The notes under the pieces were generated by a model that was not told the origin of the DNA, made no database searches, and saw nothing but the letters and a program-made list of their open reading frames with translations. Source: the human T2T-CHM13v2.0 reference genome, Homo sapiens. From it: DNA of 64,000 bases. The first letter of the stretch is position 1. Every line of letters starts with the position of its first letter. Made by a program: the position numbers and the translations under genes. Location: the NCBI RefSeq assembly GCF_009914755.1, contig NC_060932.1, one strand, 5' to 3'. Positions 12,331-30,977 of this stretch are shown in pieces.

Positions 12331-14849
12331 AACAATTCTAATTCAACTAATTTATTTTATAGAAATATTTATGTGTGAGAAACAATATTTTCAAGAGTCA
12401 AAGATTTAAAACTGCTTAATTGTACATCACTAAGTGGCTGGCTAATAAATTATAGTACGTTCATCCTTACGGAAGAATACTTTGCAGCTAAAACAGAACG
12501 AAAGAGAGGAAACTCTTCAAAATGTTAACTGGGAATGACGTTCAAGACTTATTGTTAAATAAAACAAATTGAGAAGAAGAGTCGTTTATTGGTACTAAAT
12601 TTGTGTCAGTAAAAATGGATTCTATACGTGGGATGGTTTATAAGTATGTGGAAAAATTCTTTGATGGTTTTTCCTTGAAAAAGTGAAACCTAAATCCACT
12701 CCGTTTGGATGTGGGCCTATTTACGGTTGTTGCTTCCTAAACATAAACTACGTTTAGGCTGATATTTCAGACAATGAAACCTTTGAGTGCCCGTAGCGGG
12801 AAGATCTCGGTTGCTGAGTGCAGGGAAGGAGGATGTAATTCCATCATATATACTCTCTGTGCCTACCGCATTTGGAACCATGCGAGTGATACGTATTTAT
12901 AAAATAACATAAACCAAGCACAAGTACGAACTTAGCAACACTATATTGAGTTAATAGAACGGTATCTTGTATTTCTTCTGTCCAGGTATACTTATAAATG
13001 CCTGCAGGGATTTCACCACCTCAGGGTGGAGAGACTCAATGCTTGTGAGGGAATTAGGATGGTGGAATATTGGTGTTACCAGGGAAGGGGGCGGGATGTT
13101 TGAAAATGCTATGTTTACTCGTTCTTGGGTTCCAATAAAGGAGAAACAGGGCACAGGAGTCGGAAGGACTAGTGGCAATAGTGATGAAAGGACCTCCTTA
13201 TCATGCTGGCTATGTTAATTACCCAGGTGTAGGAAGCCATACACTGAGGCGGAAGATCGCAAGTCAGAGTGGCCGGCAGGCACAACCTCCTGGCACACCA
13301 GAGGCAGGTCTTCAATACCCACTGGTTTCCCCAACAGGCTGCGTAAGGGACCCTGAGCCACAGTGAGTTGGTCAAATGCTCCTGACAGTGTGGAGAAACC
13401 AACAGGCAAAACGTGGGTGCAAAAGTGATGAGACCCCACACTTTACACTCGTGGTGACAATGAAGCTATTAAGTAACAGCTTCTCAACCTATGCTGTTTC
13501 CTGTTGGATGCACATAATCCATTTGCACTGCAGACAATTTTAGGATGTGGTTTACAGTAAGGTGGATGGTACCTTATGGCAAAAATCTCTCAGAAATTTA
13601 TGTGTGGTTTTAAAGTCATTCCAGTCCTAGCACGTTGTGCTTTTCAGAGACGCCATAGCTGTTTTTCCCTTTGTAATATCAAAGCAGTAATATGTTCTCT
13701 GGAGGCCTGTTGGGTGAATTTAATGGAATCAAGTTAAGTAGGTGCCAGAACCATTGCTGTTTTCCCTCCATAGCCCTGCCACCCACTGTAAAAAGGTTGA
13801 TGAGATTACTTAATGATTTCCAATTAAGTTGTATTTCCAAATATCATGATTTCCATTTTAATGTAGTTGGTATGGAGCTCTGTGAGTGTGTGCTTCTTTT
13901 ATTATGGATCACGTTCAGCTTCTTTTTATTTGCCTCCTAGTCATAATAGTAAAACTCTACTCCTCTACTCCGAGGAGTCCCTACCACCCATCTCATCACT
14001 TTCCAGCCCAGCACTCTTCATGCTCATTCATTTAAAGCATTCAACATTGTGTAAATGAATCTTGGAAGGCAAAAGCTACTGAATTTAGCGAATTTGTGGA
14101 GGCATTGCCACAAATCAGCCAGGTGAAGTTTCACACAATCGAAGACTGCACAACTCCTAGAAGGCAGCACTATGCTGCAAACCCAGACGGCCACTCTTCT
14201 CACCCCTCGTCCGTTTGCTGTTCTGGATAATGAGGTTCAAAAGTCACCTAGGCAACTGCCAAAATAGCTGAAATGGAGAAAGGGCTTCAGGCTGGTGACT
14301 AGCAGAGGTCCACCTGACCCCCGTAAGCTGCTGAACAAGTAGGGCTGCCAGAAATGTCCCACTAGGGAATTTGGTAGAGACGAAGACATGCTCACCGGAC
14401 AAGGGTTCCTCCCAGGATACGCCCGAGCGGAAGAAGCGGGCTCTGAGCCACGCCCTTTCACCCTCCTCTACCCCGCCCTGGGCTGGTGAAGGTGCGCGCC
14501 AGGATGTGGACTACTGAGCCCTGAAGAAATAAGTCCTTCCACTTTGACCCCATGGAGGATTGCCTGTGAGGAACTTAAACGAGTCTACCAGTGTCTAGAC
14601 ACGGGGGCAGGTCTGTCCGGCACAGCAGCTCCCTCAAGGAGGAGAAGAGTGAGGAGAAAGGAAACTCAAGTCTCACCATTCTGTCCTGGGAGAGAAGAGG
14701 AGGATCTCATCTCTCATCTGTCCAAACAAGGCAAGGAGACTTTCTCTCATCTTTCCAAGCAAGGCAAGGAGACTTTTTATCATTAGGAAACAAAAAGAAT
14801 TTAGAAGGAATGAAAGCAGCCCGTAAGGTGAATTCCTAAGGACTGCCCA

Positions 14850-15657
14850 TTGAAACTGACAAAATTGCCCTTGTTTGATGAGAGGAATGAGCAGAGCATT
14901 GATGTGGTGAACAAGGATCTAGTGAGACTTTCCCAGCATGTTTCTACCAAAGCTTTATCTAAGCTTCTCAGAACACTCTCCTAATAAGCAGATGTTTGGC
15001 CTTTCAGAAAGTCAACAAGCAAAATGCCTTGAGTGTCCCAAAACACTGATGCCATGATGTGGGCTCCTGACTGGCCTCCTTTTCCTTTGACTGGACCACT
15101 GCCACCTCTTGGTAGCCATCGCTTTCATGATGCTTTGCCTTCGAGATCATATTGGTGAAGCCATGTTCCAACTGCCGCTTACAATTTGTCAGAGGGATGC
15201 GTCAGGATCGTGATCCCTCCTGTTTAAAATTTCCACTGATAGCTCTCGTCGTAACTGCAGCTGATCTGGGCACAGTGGTTTTCACAGCCACTGCAGGATT
15301 CATCTTCCACATCTTCTCACCTCTTCTTGAAACAAGCTATACATTCGTAAAGAGTTCATTTCTTTGGGGTAGTGTCCTTACAAGCTTTTCTTAAAACGTC
15401 AATGATTTCTTCAATCTTCCACCCAAGCTTCACCATAAATTTGATGTTTCCTCTTGCTGCAATTTTCGTGGAATTCATGTTGCTCTGACGGGAGTCCTTT
15501 TCAGTGGATGTCTCATCCTTCTTAGTGCCTCAAACTAGATCTAGTTCAGAAAGGTTATCAGAAGTTAGGACAAGTTTATTTTAGTGCAAACCAGTGGAAA
15601 TCCATGCATAGTTTCTTCACCATGTGCATTTTCTATGAACCTTTGGAAGACCACCTG
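14850..15657 (-). mobile_element. HSMAR2 remnant, copy 2
   Basis: Unit copy. Confidence 0.85.
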
Positions 15658-15978
15658 TGTTGAACATTGCCCAAGTCCTGGGAGAGAAGTGGGTGCGGTC
15701 CGCTTCCTGTCCTCAATTTGCCCGCAGCGGCGGAGTGCACAGAGCAGGGAAAGGCAGCCCCAGAGGGATCCCGCCCTCCAGCATGCAGCAGACTGCTGGC
15801 CCAGTCCTGGCTCCAAGGGGTGCTGTGTGGGCCCAAGCAAGTTGACCAACCTCCCTGAACCTTAATTTAATCCTAGGTAGCCCAATTCCAGTAGCCATTA
15901 TAGGACTGCCCTGCAGGGACAGTTACTTAACTCAGGAAAAGCAACCTAGCTCCAAGTTTAGCAACCGGGAGTTCCAGT

Positions 15979-16139
15979 TGATTCCATTAGCGCACCCCCT
16001 GAGGCATTCCCAAGCTGGAGTCTGGTGGAAGATGAGGCTCAGTGTGATTGGACTGAAGCACCAACCTATCAAGGAGAAGTCCCACCCAGTCTGCCCTGTG
16101 CCTATATAAAGGCGACAAGTGGCGGCCGCAGCACTCATT
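15979..16139 (+). promoter_or_regulatory. Putative promoter, copy 2
   Basis: Same motifs at +12,190. Confidence 0.7.
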
Positions 16140-16195
16140 GAAGCCGCCAGTTGGGAGAGGAGCAGAGCCAGGCCGGTGCTCCCGAAGGCAGCAAG

Positions 16196-18223
16196 ATGTT
16201 GCGAGCCACAGCTCCCTGCTGGTTCCCCCCTGGATACCCAGAAGCTAAGAAGGTGGCCGAGGAGGCGGCCCTGGAGGCAAGCCGCCATTTGGGAGGGGAG
16301 CAGAGCCAGGCCGGTGCTCCCGAAGGCAGCAAGATGTTGCGAGCCACAGCTCCCTGCTGGTTCCGCCCTGGATACCCAGAAGCTAAGAAGGTGGCCAAGG
16401 AGGCGGCCCCGGAGGCAAGCCGCCATTTGGGAGCGGAGCAGAGCCCGGCCGGTGCTCCCGAAGGCAGCAAGATGTTGCGAGCCACAGCTCCCTGCTGGTT
16501 CCCACCTGGATACCCAGAAGCTAAGAAGGTGGCCGAGGAGGCGGCCCTCGAGGCTCCAGAATTCCCACTGCCCTCTCATCAGCCTGCCCAGAGCTTCGGG
16601 CTCTGGGTGCCCCAGATGCACAAGCAGGCCTCAGCATTTGTGGACATCCAGGCGGAGCCCCAGAACAGGGGTCCGGCGGTGCCCCCAGCGTGGCCCAAGA
16701 TGGTGACGGAGTCGTGCTACTTCCCTGCGCAGAGGGGATCGGCCTGCCGCTTGCCAGCCGCCCCAAGGCTGACAGAGAGGCCCTCGGGAGTCCGCATCTC
16801 AGCCCCCAGGAAGAGGAAGACGATCGCCCACTCTTCCAGCCCTTGCTTGGTCACAGGTTACACAGATGCCAAGAGAACCCGGGTGGCCAGCAGCAGCCAA
16901 CGCTCCCGTGGCTCCAAGGTCGGCAGACAGCCAGGGAAGACGCGCAACAGGTCAGGGATGGCATGCAAGACCACCGCCACCACCAGCTCTAAGCGAATCG
17001 TCCGTCGTGCATCCTTACCGAGTTTGAGTTTGAAGAAACCCATTATCCTCCGAAGCTCTGGGTGCCAAGTCCCCACCGTCGTCCGCCGAGGCTATCTCCA
17101 ACTGTTCACCGAAGAGTGTCTCAAGTTCTGCGCCTCCAAGCAGGAGGCCGAGGAGAAGGCGCTGAACGAGGAGAAGGTGGCCTACGACTGCAGCCCCAAC
17201 AAGAACAGGTACCTGAACGTGGTCCTGAACACCCTCAAGAGACTGAAGGGCCTGACCCCCAGCTCCATGCCCGGCCTCAGCAGGGCCGCCCTGTACAGCC
17301 GCCTCCAGGAGTTCCTGCTCACCCAGGACCAGCTCAAGGAGAACGGCTACCCCTTCCCGCACCCCGAGCGGCCCGGAGGCGCCGTCCTCTTCACTGGCCA
17401 GGGGAAGGGGCCCGGCGACTCCTCCTGCAGGGTCTGCTGCCGTTGTGGCACCGAGTACCTGGTGTCCTCCTCGGGCCGCTGTGTACGCGACCAGTTGTGT
17501 TATTATCACTGGGGGCGGGTCCGCTCGAGCCAGGTGGCTGGAGGCCGGGTTAGCCAGTACACCTGCTGTGCAGCTGCTCCTGGCTCTGTGGGCTGCCAGG
17601 TGGCAAAGCAGCACGTGCGGGACGGCCGCAAGGAGAGCCTCGATGGCTTCGTGGAGACCTTCAAGAAAGAGTTGTCCAGAGACGCTTATCCAGGAATCTA
17701 CGCCTTGGACTGTGAGATGTGCTACACCACGCATGGCCTAGAGCTGACCCGCGTCACCGTGGTGGACGCCGACATGCGAGTGGTGTACGACACCTTCGTC
17801 AAGCCCGACAACGAGATCGTGGACTACAACACCAGGTTTTCCGGAGTCACCGAGGCCGACGTCGCCAAGACGAGCATCACGTTGCCCCAAGTCCAAGCCA
17901 TCCTGCTGAGCTTTTTCAGCGCCCAAACCATCCTCATCGGGCACAGCCTGGAGAGCGACCTGCTGGCCCTGAAGCTCATCCACAGCACCGTGGTGGACAC
18001 GGCCGTGCTCTTCCCGCACTACCTGGGTTTCCCCTACAAGCGCTCCCTCAGGAATCTCGCGGCCGACTACCTGGCACAGATCATCCAGGACAGCCAGGAC
18101 GGCCACAACTCCAGCGAGGACGCAAACGCCTGCCTGCAGCTGGTGATGTGGAAGGTCCGACAGCGCGCCCAGATCCAGCCACGCCACCGGTCCGCCTCTC
18201 CCGCCGCCCTGGCCTGTCCTTAG
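16196..18223 (+). CDS. REXO1L1: REXO1-like exonuclease, copy 2 (675 aa; L>V from C>G at 17081)
   Basis: Identical to copy 1 except PTVVRR versus PTVLRR. Confidence 0.9.
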   Translation: MLRATAPCWFPPGYPEAKKVAEEAALEASRHLGGEQSQAGAPEGSKMLRATAPCWFRPGYPEAKKVAKEAAPEASRHLGAEQSPAGAPEGSKMLRATAPCWFPPGYPEAKKVAEEAALEAPEFPLPSHQPAQSFGLWVPQMHKQASAFVDIQAEPQNRGPAVPPAWPKMVTESCYFPAQRGSACRLPAAPRLTERPSGVRISAPRKRKTIAHSSSPCLVTGYTDAKRTRVASSSQRSRGSKVGRQPGKTRNRSGMACKTTATTSSKRIVRRASLPSLSLKKPIILRSSGCQVPTVVRRGYLQLFTEECLKFCASKQEAEEKALNEEKVAYDCSPNKNRYLNVVLNTLKRLKGLTPSSMPGLSRAALYSRLQEFLLTQDQLKENGYPFPHPERPGGAVLFTGQGKGPGDSSCRVCCRCGTEYLVSSSGRCVRDQLCYYHWGRVRSSQVAGGRVSQYTCCAAAPGSVGCQVAKQHVRDGRKESLDGFVETFKKELSRDAYPGIYALDCEMCYTTHGLELTRVTVVDADMRVVYDTFVKPDNEIVDYNTRFSGVTEADVAKTSITLPQVQAILLSFFSAQTILIGHSLESDLLALKLIHSTVVDTAVLFPHYLGFPYKRSLRNLAADYLAQIIQDSQDGHNSSEDANACLQLVMWKVRQRAQIQPRHRSASPAALACP

Positions 18224-18787
18224 CCCCAGGCCTCTTCCAAAACCGCCATCAGTCCCGAGAGCTCACCCTGCCCACCTCGCCGCAAAGCGAAAGAAACTGG
18301 AGCAGCCGGCGGCAGGAGAGGGCAAAAAGCCAAGAGTAACCCCAACCCCCCACTCCCGGTCCCCCGGAATCCCTGCCGCGGCCCCTCGGGCCTGTCCACA
18401 TCCCTCTGCCCCTCCCAGACCTCTGTCCTTCCACCAATCGCCTCCCGCAGCCCCGAGCCGCCACTCCCAGTCCCCCGAGTCCCTGCCGCGCGCCCTCGCG
18501 CCTGTCCACATCCCTCTGCCCATCCGAGACCTCTGTCCTTACACCACTAGCCACCCCACGTGGGACTTCCATGGCTTCTGAGTACAAGGCCAGCCCCCCG
18601 GCCCACCAGCTTTCGGAATGCCTGCTTACCTCTTTTTCTGTAGAGGCACCACAGGGAGGTGGGTGAAGCACTTCGGCTCTGGAGTTACAGATCTGGGTTC
18701 AAGGCCAAATTCCACCACTTACTAGGTTTGTAATATTGGACAGATAACGTCTTTGCGCTTCTACCTTTTGGTCTTTAAAGTGTGATC

Positions 18788-22459
<3,672 letters not shown>

Positions 22460-25400
22460 AAAGTGTGATCCTAATGTCATGGTGCGGACTGAATGAAGCA
22501 GCACATGGCAAGCCTTAAAACGATCGCACATAGTAGGTGTTCAATTAATGTTAACTATATTTCTTTTCTATAATAGTTTATAAAGGGAATTCATGAACAC
22601 TATGTGATTAATCCTTGGAACAACCCAACAGGTAGGTAAATAAAGCCTAATTTTATACCTAAAGAAACCATGCGGCTTAACTTGCCCAAAATAATAATGA
22701 TTGTAATGAGCACTGGCTGTTGGTTTCTTATGTACTTGGTACTTTGCACGTATTAACCCAGTCAGTCCTCCTAACAGTTGTGAGAGAGATAGCATTCTTA
22801 TCCCCATTTTACAGATGAGGAACCTGAAGCCCAGGTGATAAGTAGTTTATCCAAGGTATCATAGCTAGAAGTCGGGTGCAGGCAGTCTGGCTCCAGAGCC
22901 CCTGCTCTGTCCGCTGACCTAGCTGACTTCCCAAGAGTCAAAGTGGATTCTTCCCCAAGACCAACCAATTACAATGACTGAATCAGTCAGTCAACTTCGA
23001 ACTGGGCTCCAAGAGAGAACGAACCATCATGCCTCTCTAAATCCTCATTTCTAGTTTGAATCTTCAAGGAGAGATAGACACTAAGTAGCTAGTTTTGCTG
23101 GAATGGCTGATTTTATCAATGTTTTCGGTGTGTGAGTGTGTGTGTGTGTATATGTATAGAACTAAATTAAACTGATAATTTGAATGCTTACACTTCCATT
23201 AGTTCAATTTGTGTATGTGAGCCCTCACACACATACATACACACACACAAACTGTTCCAGAACAGTGACTTAGTGAAAAACTGGATTTCCACTCTGTCAG
23301 ACAAATTTCGGAAAGCACTGAAGTAGGGCATTTCTGATTGATTTTACCGTTCCCGGAATTTTATTTTCCTTTATCACTTAGACCCCTTCTGTGGGGATTT
23401 AATAAATAAACGTCTTTTGTAGTGTATGTTATTTCATTTTATTTTTATAATTTATATGAATTTTAATTTTAACTTGACAAATAAAAATTATATATATTTA
23501 TGGCATACAACATGATGTTTCATACGTGTATACATTGTGGAATGACAAAATCAAGCTAATTAACACACTCGTTTCCTCACATACTGATTTTAATGTGATG
23601 AGGACATGTCTAAAATCTACTCTTATAGCAATTTTCAAGTATACAATACATACTTATACACTGTAGATGCCAGGCTGTTCAATAGATCTCTAGAACCATT
23701 CCTCTCTGAAATTTTGTATCATGAGACTATCATCTCTCCAGTCCCTCCCTGACCCCTGCCTCGGGTAACCACCGTTCTGCTCTCTACAGCTATGAGTTGC
23801 ATTGTTTGAGATTGCACATATAAGTGAGATCATGCAGTATTTGTCTTTTTGTGCTTGCTTTTTAAATCTTTATTATGTAATTATTTATTTTTTGAGACAG
23901 GGTCTCAGTCTGTCACCCAGGCTGGAGTACAGTGACACAAACACGGCTCACTCACCACGGCCTCCACCTCCCGGGGTCGAGAGTTCCTCCCGCTTCAGCC
24001 TCCTGAATAGCTAGGACTACAGGCGTCCAACGCCACACTTGGCTAATTTTTGTGTTTCTTTTAGAGATGGGGTTTCACCATGTTGCCCAGGTTCATCTCC
24101 AACTCCTGGGCTCAACGCTTCCACCTGCCTTGGCCTCCCAAAGTACTGGGATTACAGGCATGAGCCACCGTGCCTGGCCTTTGCTTTCTTTCACTCAGTG
24201 TACCATCCTCTAGGCTCATTCGTGTTGCCAATGAGATGATTTCTTTCTTTTTTAAGGCTGAATTGTGTTCTATTGGGTATATGTACCGCTTTTCTTTTTA
24301 TGTTTAATTTTTTTTGGTTTTTTGAGACAGAGTTTCGCTCGCGTCGCCCAGGCTGGAGTGCAGTGGCGTGATTTCGAGTCACTACAACCTCTGCCTCCCA
24401 GGTTGAAGTGATTCTCCTGCCTCACCTGAGATTAGAGGCATGTACCGGCATGTCCGGCTAATTTTGTGTTTCTAGTAGAGATGGGGTTTCACCATGTTGG
24501 CCAGGCTGGTCTTGAACTCCAACAATTCTAATTCAACTAATTTATTTTATAGAAATATTTATGTGTGAGAAACAATATTTTCAAGAGTCAAAGATTTAAA
24601 ACTGCTTAATTGTACATCACTAAGTGGCTGGCTAATAAATTATAGTACGTTCATCCTTACGGAAGAATACTTTGCAGCTAAAACAGAACGAAAGAGAGGA
24701 AACTCTTCAAAATGTTAACTGGGAATGACGTTCAAGACTTATTGTTAAATAAAACAAATTGAGAAGAAGAGTCGTTTATTGGTACTAAATTTGTGTCAGT
24801 AAAAATGGATTCTATACGTGGGATGGTTTATAAGTATGTGGAAAAATTCTTTGATGGTTTTTCCTTGAAAAAGTGAAACCTAAATCCACTCCGTTTGGAT
24901 GTGGGACTATTTACGGTTGTTGCTTCCTAAACATAAACTACGTTTAGGCTGATATTTCAGACAATGAAACCTTTGAGTGCCCGTAGCGGGATGATCTCGG
25001 TTGGTGAGTGCAGGGAAGGAGGATGTAATTCCATCATATATACTCTCTGTGCCTACCGCATTTGGAACCATGCGAGTGATACCTATTTATAAAATAAAAT
25101 AAACCAAGCACAAGTACGAACTTAGCAACACTATATTGAGTTAATACAACGGTATCTTGTATTTCTTCTGTCCAGGTATACTTATAAATGCCTGCAGGGA
25201 TTTCACCACCTCAGGGTGGAGAGATTCAATGCTTGTGAGGGAATTAGGATGGTGGAATATTGGTGTTACCAGGGAAGGGGGCGGGATGTTTGAAAATGCT
25301 ATGTTTACTCGTTCTTGGGTTCCAATAAAGGAGAAACAGGGCACAGGAGTCGGAAGGACTAGTGGCAATAGTGATGAAAGGACCTCCTTATCATGCTGGC

Positions 25401-27039
25401 AATGTTAATTACCCAGGTGTAGGAAGACATACACTGAGGCGGAAGATCACAAGTCAGAGTGGCCGGCAGGCACAACCTCCTGGCACACCAGAGGCAGGTC
25501 TTCAATAGCCACTGGTTTCCCCAACAGGCTGCGTAAGGGACCCTGAGCCACAGTGAGTTGGTCAAATGCTCCTGACAGTGTGGAGAAACCAACAGGCAAA
25601 ACGTGGGTGCAAAAGTGATGAGACCCCACACTTTACACTCGTGGTGACAATGAAGCTATTAAGTAACAGCTTCTCAACCTATGCTGTTTCCTGTTGGATG
25701 CACATAATCCATTTGCACTGCAGACAATTTTAGGATGTGGTTTACAGTAAGGTGGATGGTACCTTACGGCAAAAATCTCTCAGAAATTTATGTGTGGTTT
25801 TAAAGTCATTCCAGTCCTAGCACGTTGTGCTTTTCAGAGACGCCATAGCTGTTTTTCCCTTTGTAATATCAAAGCAGTAATATGTTCTCTGGAGGCCTGT
25901 TGGGTGAATTTAATGGAATCAAGTTAAGTAGGTGCCAGAACCATTGCTGTTTTCCCTCCATAGCCCTGCCACCCACTGTAAAAAGGTTGATGAGATTACT
26001 TAATGATTTCCAATTAAGTTGTATTTCCAAATATCATGATTTCCATTTTAATGTAGTTGGTATGGAGCTCTGTGAGTGTGTGCTTCTTTTATTATGGATC
26101 ACGTTCAGCTTCTTTTTATTTGCCTCCTAGTCATAATAGTAAAACTCTACTCCTCTACTCCGAGGAGTCCCTACCACCCATCTCATCACTTTCCAGCCCA
26201 GCACTCTTCATGCTCATTCATTTAAAGCATTCAACATTGTGTAAATGAATCTTGGAAGGCAAAAGCTACTGAATTTAGCGAATTTGTGGAGGCATTGCCA
26301 CAAATCAGCCAGGTGAAGTTTCACACAATCGAAGACTGCACAACTCCTAGAAGGCAGCACTATGATGCAAACCCAGACGGCCACTCTTCTCACCCCTCGT
26401 CCGTTTGCTGTTCTGGATAATGAGGTTCAAAAGTCACCTAGGCAACTGCCAAAATAGCTGAAATGGAGAAAGGGCTTCAGGCTGGTGACTAGCAGAGGTC
26501 CACCTGACCCCCGTAAGCTGCTGAACAAGTAGGGCTGCCAGAAATGTCCCACTAGGGAATTTGGTAGAGACGAAGACATGCTCACCGGACAAGGGTTCCT
26601 CCCAGGATACGCCCGAGCGGAAGAAGCGGGCTCTGAGCCACGCCCTTTCACCCTCCTCTACCCCGCCCTGGGCTGGTGAAGGTGCGCGCCAGGATGTGGA
26701 CTACTGAGCCCTGAAGAAATAAGTCTTTCCACTTTGACCCCATGGAGGATTGCCTGTGAGGAACTTAAACGAGTCTAACAGTGTCTAGACACGGGGGCAG
26801 GTCTGTCCGGCACAGCAGCTCCCTCAAGGAGGAGAAGAGTGAGGAGAAAGGAAACTCAAGTCTCACCATTCTGTCCTGGGAGAGAAGAGGAGGATCTCAT
26901 CTCTCATCTGTCCAAACAAGGCAAGGAGACTTTCTCTCATCTTTCCAAGCAAGGCAAGGAGACTTTTTATCATTAGGAAACAAAAAGAATTTAGAAGGAA
27001 TGAAAGCAGCCCATAAGGTGAATTCCTAAGGACTGCCCA

Positions 27040-27847
27040 TTGAAACTGACAAAATTGCCCTTGTTTGATGAGAGGAATGAGCAGAGCATTGATGTGGTGA
27101 ACAAGGATCTAGTGAGACTTTCCCAGCATGTTTCTACCAAAGCTTTATCTAAGCTTCTCAGAACACTCTCCTAATAAGCAGATGTTTGGCCTTTCAGAAA
27201 GTCAACAAGCAAAATGCCTTGAGTGTCCCAAAACACTGATGCCATGATGTGGGCTCCTGACTGGCCTCCTTTTCCTTTGACTGGACCACTGCCACCTCTT
27301 GGTAGCCATCGCTTTCATGATGCTTTGCCATGGAGATCATATTGGTGAAGCCATGTTCCAACTGCCGCTTACAATTTGTCAGAGGGATGCGTCAGGATCG
27401 TGATCCCTCCTGTTTAAAATTTCCACTGATAGCTCTCGTCGTAACTGCAGCTGATCTGGGCACAGTGGTTTTCACAGCCACTGAAGGATTCATCTTCCAC
27501 ATCTTCTCACCTCTTCTTGAAACAAGCTATACATTCGTAAAGAGTTCATTTCTTTGGGGTAGTGTCCTTACAAGCTTTTCTTAAAACGTCAATGATTTCT
27601 TCAATCTTCCACCCAAGCTTCACCATAAATTTGATGTTTCCTCTTGCTGCAATTTTCGTGGAATTCATGTTGCTCTGATGGGAGTCCTTTTCAGTGGATG
27701 TCTCATCCTTCTTAGTGCCTCAAACTAGATCTAGTTCAGAAAGGTTTTCAGAAGTTAGGACAAGTTTATTTTAGTGCAAACCAGTGGAAATCCATGCATA
27801 GTTTCTTCACCATGTGCATTTTCTATGAACCTTTGGAAGACCACCTG
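27040..27847 (-). mobile_element. HSMAR2 remnant, copy 3
   Basis: Unit copy. Confidence 0.85.
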
Positions 27848-28168
27848 TGTTGAACATTGCCCAAGTCCTGGGAGAGAAGTGGGTGCGGTCCGCTTCCTGT
27901 CCTCAATTTGCCCGCAGCGGCGGAGTGCACAGAGCAGGGAAAGGCAGCCCCAGAGGGATCCCGCCCTCCAGCATGCAGCCGACTGCTGGCCCAGTCCTGG
28001 CTCCAAGGGGTGCTGTGTGGGCCCAAGCAAGTTGACCAACCTCCCTGAACCTTAATTTAATCCTAGGTAGCCCAATTCCAGTAGCCATTATAGGACTGCC
28101 CTGCAGGGACAGTTACTTAACTCAGGAAAAGCAACCTAGCTCCAAGTTTAGCAACCGGGAGTTCCAGT

Positions 28169-28329
28169 TGATTCCATTAGCGCACCCCCTGAGGCATTCC
28201 CAAGCTGGAGTCTGGTGGAAGATGAGGCTCAGTGTGATTGGACTGAAGCACCAACCTATCAAGGAGAAGTCCCACCCAGTCTGCCCTGTGCCTATATAAA
28301 GGCGACAAGTGGCGGCCGCAGCACTCATT
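28169..28329 (+). promoter_or_regulatory. Putative promoter, copy 3
   Basis: Same motifs at +24,380. Confidence 0.7.
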
Positions 28330-28385
28330 GAAGCCGCCAGTTGGGAGAGGAGCAGAGCCAGGCCGGTGCTCCCGAAGGCAGCAAG

Positions 28386-30413
28386 ATGTTGCGAGCCACA
28401 GCTCCCTGCTGGTTCCCCCCTGGATACCCAGAAGCTAAGAAGGTGGCCGAGGAGGCGGCCCTGGAGGCAAGCCGCCATTTGGGAGGGGAGCAGAGCCAGG
28501 CCGGTGCTCCCGAAGGCAGCAAGATGTTGCGAGCCACAGCTCCCTGCTGGTTCCGCCCTGGATACCCAGAAGCTAAGAAGGTGGCCAAGGAGGCGGCCCC
28601 GGAGGCAAGCCGCCATTTGGGAGCGGAGCAGAGCCCGGCCGGTGCTCCCGAAGGCAGCAAGATGTTGCGAGCCACAGCTCCCTGCTGGTTCCCACCTGGA
28701 TACCCAGAAGCTAAGAAGGTGGCCGAGGAGGCGGCCCTCGAGGCTCCAGAATTCCCACTGCCCTCTCATCAGCCTGCCCAGAGCTTCGGGCTCTGGGTGC
28801 CCCAGATGCACAAGCAGGCCTCAGCATTTGTGGACATCCAGGCGGAGCCCCAGAACAGGGGTCCGGCGGTGCCCCCAGCGTGGCCCAAGATGGTGACGGA
28901 GTCGTGCTACTTCCCTGCGCAGAGGGGATCGGCCTGCCGCTTGCCAGCCGCCCCAAGGCTGACAGAGAGGCCCTCGGGAGTCCGCATCTCAGCCCCCAGG
29001 AAGAGGAAGACGATCGCCCACTCTTCCAGCCCTTGCTTGGTCACAGGTTACACAGATGCCAAGAGAACCCGGGTGGCCAGCAGCAGCCAACGCTCCCGTG
29101 GCTCCAAGGTCGGCAGACAGCCAGGGAAGACGCGCAACAGGTCAGGGATGGCATGCAAGACCACCGCCACCACCAGCTCTAAGCGAATCGTCCGTCGTGC
29201 ATCCTTACCGAGTTTGAGTTTGAAGAAACCCATTATCCTCCGAAGCTCTGGGTGCCAAGTCCCCACCGTCCTCCGCCGAGGCTATCTCCAACTGTTCACC
29301 GAAGAGTGTCTCAAGTTCTGCGCCTCCAAGCAGGAGGCCGAGGAGAAGGCGCTGAACGAGGAGAAGGTGGCCTACGACTGCAGCCCCAACAAGAACAGGT
29401 ACCTGAACGTGGTCCTGAACACCCTCAAGAGACTGAAGGGCCTGACCCCCAGCTCCATGCCCGGCCTCAGCAGGGCCGCCCTGTACAGCCGCCTCCAGGA
29501 GTTCCTGCTCACCCAGGACCAGCTCAAGGAGAACGGCTACCCCTTCCCGCACCCCGAGCGGCCCGGAGGCGCCGTCCTCTTCACTGGCCAGGGGAAGGGG
29601 CCCGGCGACTCCTCCTGCAGGGTCTGCTGCCGTTGTGGCACCGAGTACCTGGTGTCCTCCTCGGGCCGCTGTGTACGCGACCAGTTGTGTTATTATCACT
29701 GGGGGCGGGTCCGCTCGAGCCAGGTGGCTGGAGGCCGGGTTAGCCAGTACACCTGCTGTGCAGCTGCTCCTGGCTCTGTGGGCTGCCAGGTGGCAAAGCA
29801 GCACGTGCGGGACGGCCGCAAGGAGAGCCTCGATGGCTTCGTGGAGACCTTCAAGAAAGAGTTGTCCAGAGACGCTTATCCAGGAATCTACGCCTTGGAC
29901 TGTGAGATGTGCTACACCACGCATGGCCTAGAGCTGACCCGCGTCACCGTGGTGGACGCCGACATGCGAGTGGTGTACGACACCTTCGTCAAGCCCGACA
30001 ACGAGATCGTGGACTACAACACCAGGTTTTCCGGAGTCACCGAGGCCGACGTCGCCAAGACGAGCATCACGTTGCCCCAAGTCCAAGCCATCCTGCTGAG
30101 CTTTTTCAGCGCCCAAACCATCCTCATCGGGCACAGCCTGGAGAGCGACCTGCTGGCCCTGAAGCTCATCCACAGCACCGTGGTGGACACGGCCGTGCTC
30201 TTCCCGCACTACCTGGGTTTCCCCTACAAGCGCTCCCTCAGGAATCTCGCGGCCGACTACCTGGCACAGATCATCCAGGACAGCCAGGACGGCCACAACT
30301 CCAGCGAGGACGCAAACGCCTGCCTGCAGCTGGTGATGTGGAAGGTCCGACAGCGCGCCCAGATCCAGCCACGCCACCGGTCCGCCTCTCCCGCCGCCCT
30401 GGCCTGTCCTTAG
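28386..30413 (+). CDS. REXO1L1: REXO1-like exonuclease, copy 3 (675 aa)
   Basis: Translation identical to copy 1. Confidence 0.9.
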   Translation: MLRATAPCWFPPGYPEAKKVAEEAALEASRHLGGEQSQAGAPEGSKMLRATAPCWFRPGYPEAKKVAKEAAPEASRHLGAEQSPAGAPEGSKMLRATAPCWFPPGYPEAKKVAEEAALEAPEFPLPSHQPAQSFGLWVPQMHKQASAFVDIQAEPQNRGPAVPPAWPKMVTESCYFPAQRGSACRLPAAPRLTERPSGVRISAPRKRKTIAHSSSPCLVTGYTDAKRTRVASSSQRSRGSKVGRQPGKTRNRSGMACKTTATTSSKRIVRRASLPSLSLKKPIILRSSGCQVPTVLRRGYLQLFTEECLKFCASKQEAEEKALNEEKVAYDCSPNKNRYLNVVLNTLKRLKGLTPSSMPGLSRAALYSRLQEFLLTQDQLKENGYPFPHPERPGGAVLFTGQGKGPGDSSCRVCCRCGTEYLVSSSGRCVRDQLCYYHWGRVRSSQVAGGRVSQYTCCAAAPGSVGCQVAKQHVRDGRKESLDGFVETFKKELSRDAYPGIYALDCEMCYTTHGLELTRVTVVDADMRVVYDTFVKPDNEIVDYNTRFSGVTEADVAKTSITLPQVQAILLSFFSAQTILIGHSLESDLLALKLIHSTVVDTAVLFPHYLGFPYKRSLRNLAADYLAQIIQDSQDGHNSSEDANACLQLVMWKVRQRAQIQPRHRSASPAALACP

Positions 30414-30977
30414 CCCCAGGCCTCTTCCAAAACCGCCATCAGTCCCGAGAGCTCACCCTGCCCACCTCGCCGCAAAGCGAAAGAAACTGGAGCAGCCGGC
30501 GGCAGGAGAGGGCAAAAAGCCAAGAGTAACCCCAACCCCCCACTCCCGGTCCCCCGGAATCCCTGCCGCGGCCCCTCGGGCCTGTCCACATCCCTCTGCC
30601 CCTCCCAGACCTCTGTCCTTCCACCAATCGCCTCCCGCAGCCCCGAGCCGCCACTCCCAGTCCCCCGAGTCCCTGCCGCGCGCCCTCGCGCCTGTCCACA
30701 TCCCTCTGCCCATCCGAGACCTCTGTCCTTACACCACTAGCCACCCCACGTGGGACTTCCATGGCTTCTGAGTACAAGGCCAGCCCCCCGGCCCACCAGC
30801 TTTCGGAATGCCTGCTTACCTCTTTTTCTGTAGAGGCACCACAGGGAGGTGGGTGAAGCACTTCGGCTCTGGAGTTACAGATCTGGGTTCAAGGCCAAAT
30901 TCCACCACTTACTAGGTTTGTAATATTGGACAGATAACGTCTTTGCGCTTCTACCTTTTGGTCTTTAAAGTGTGATC

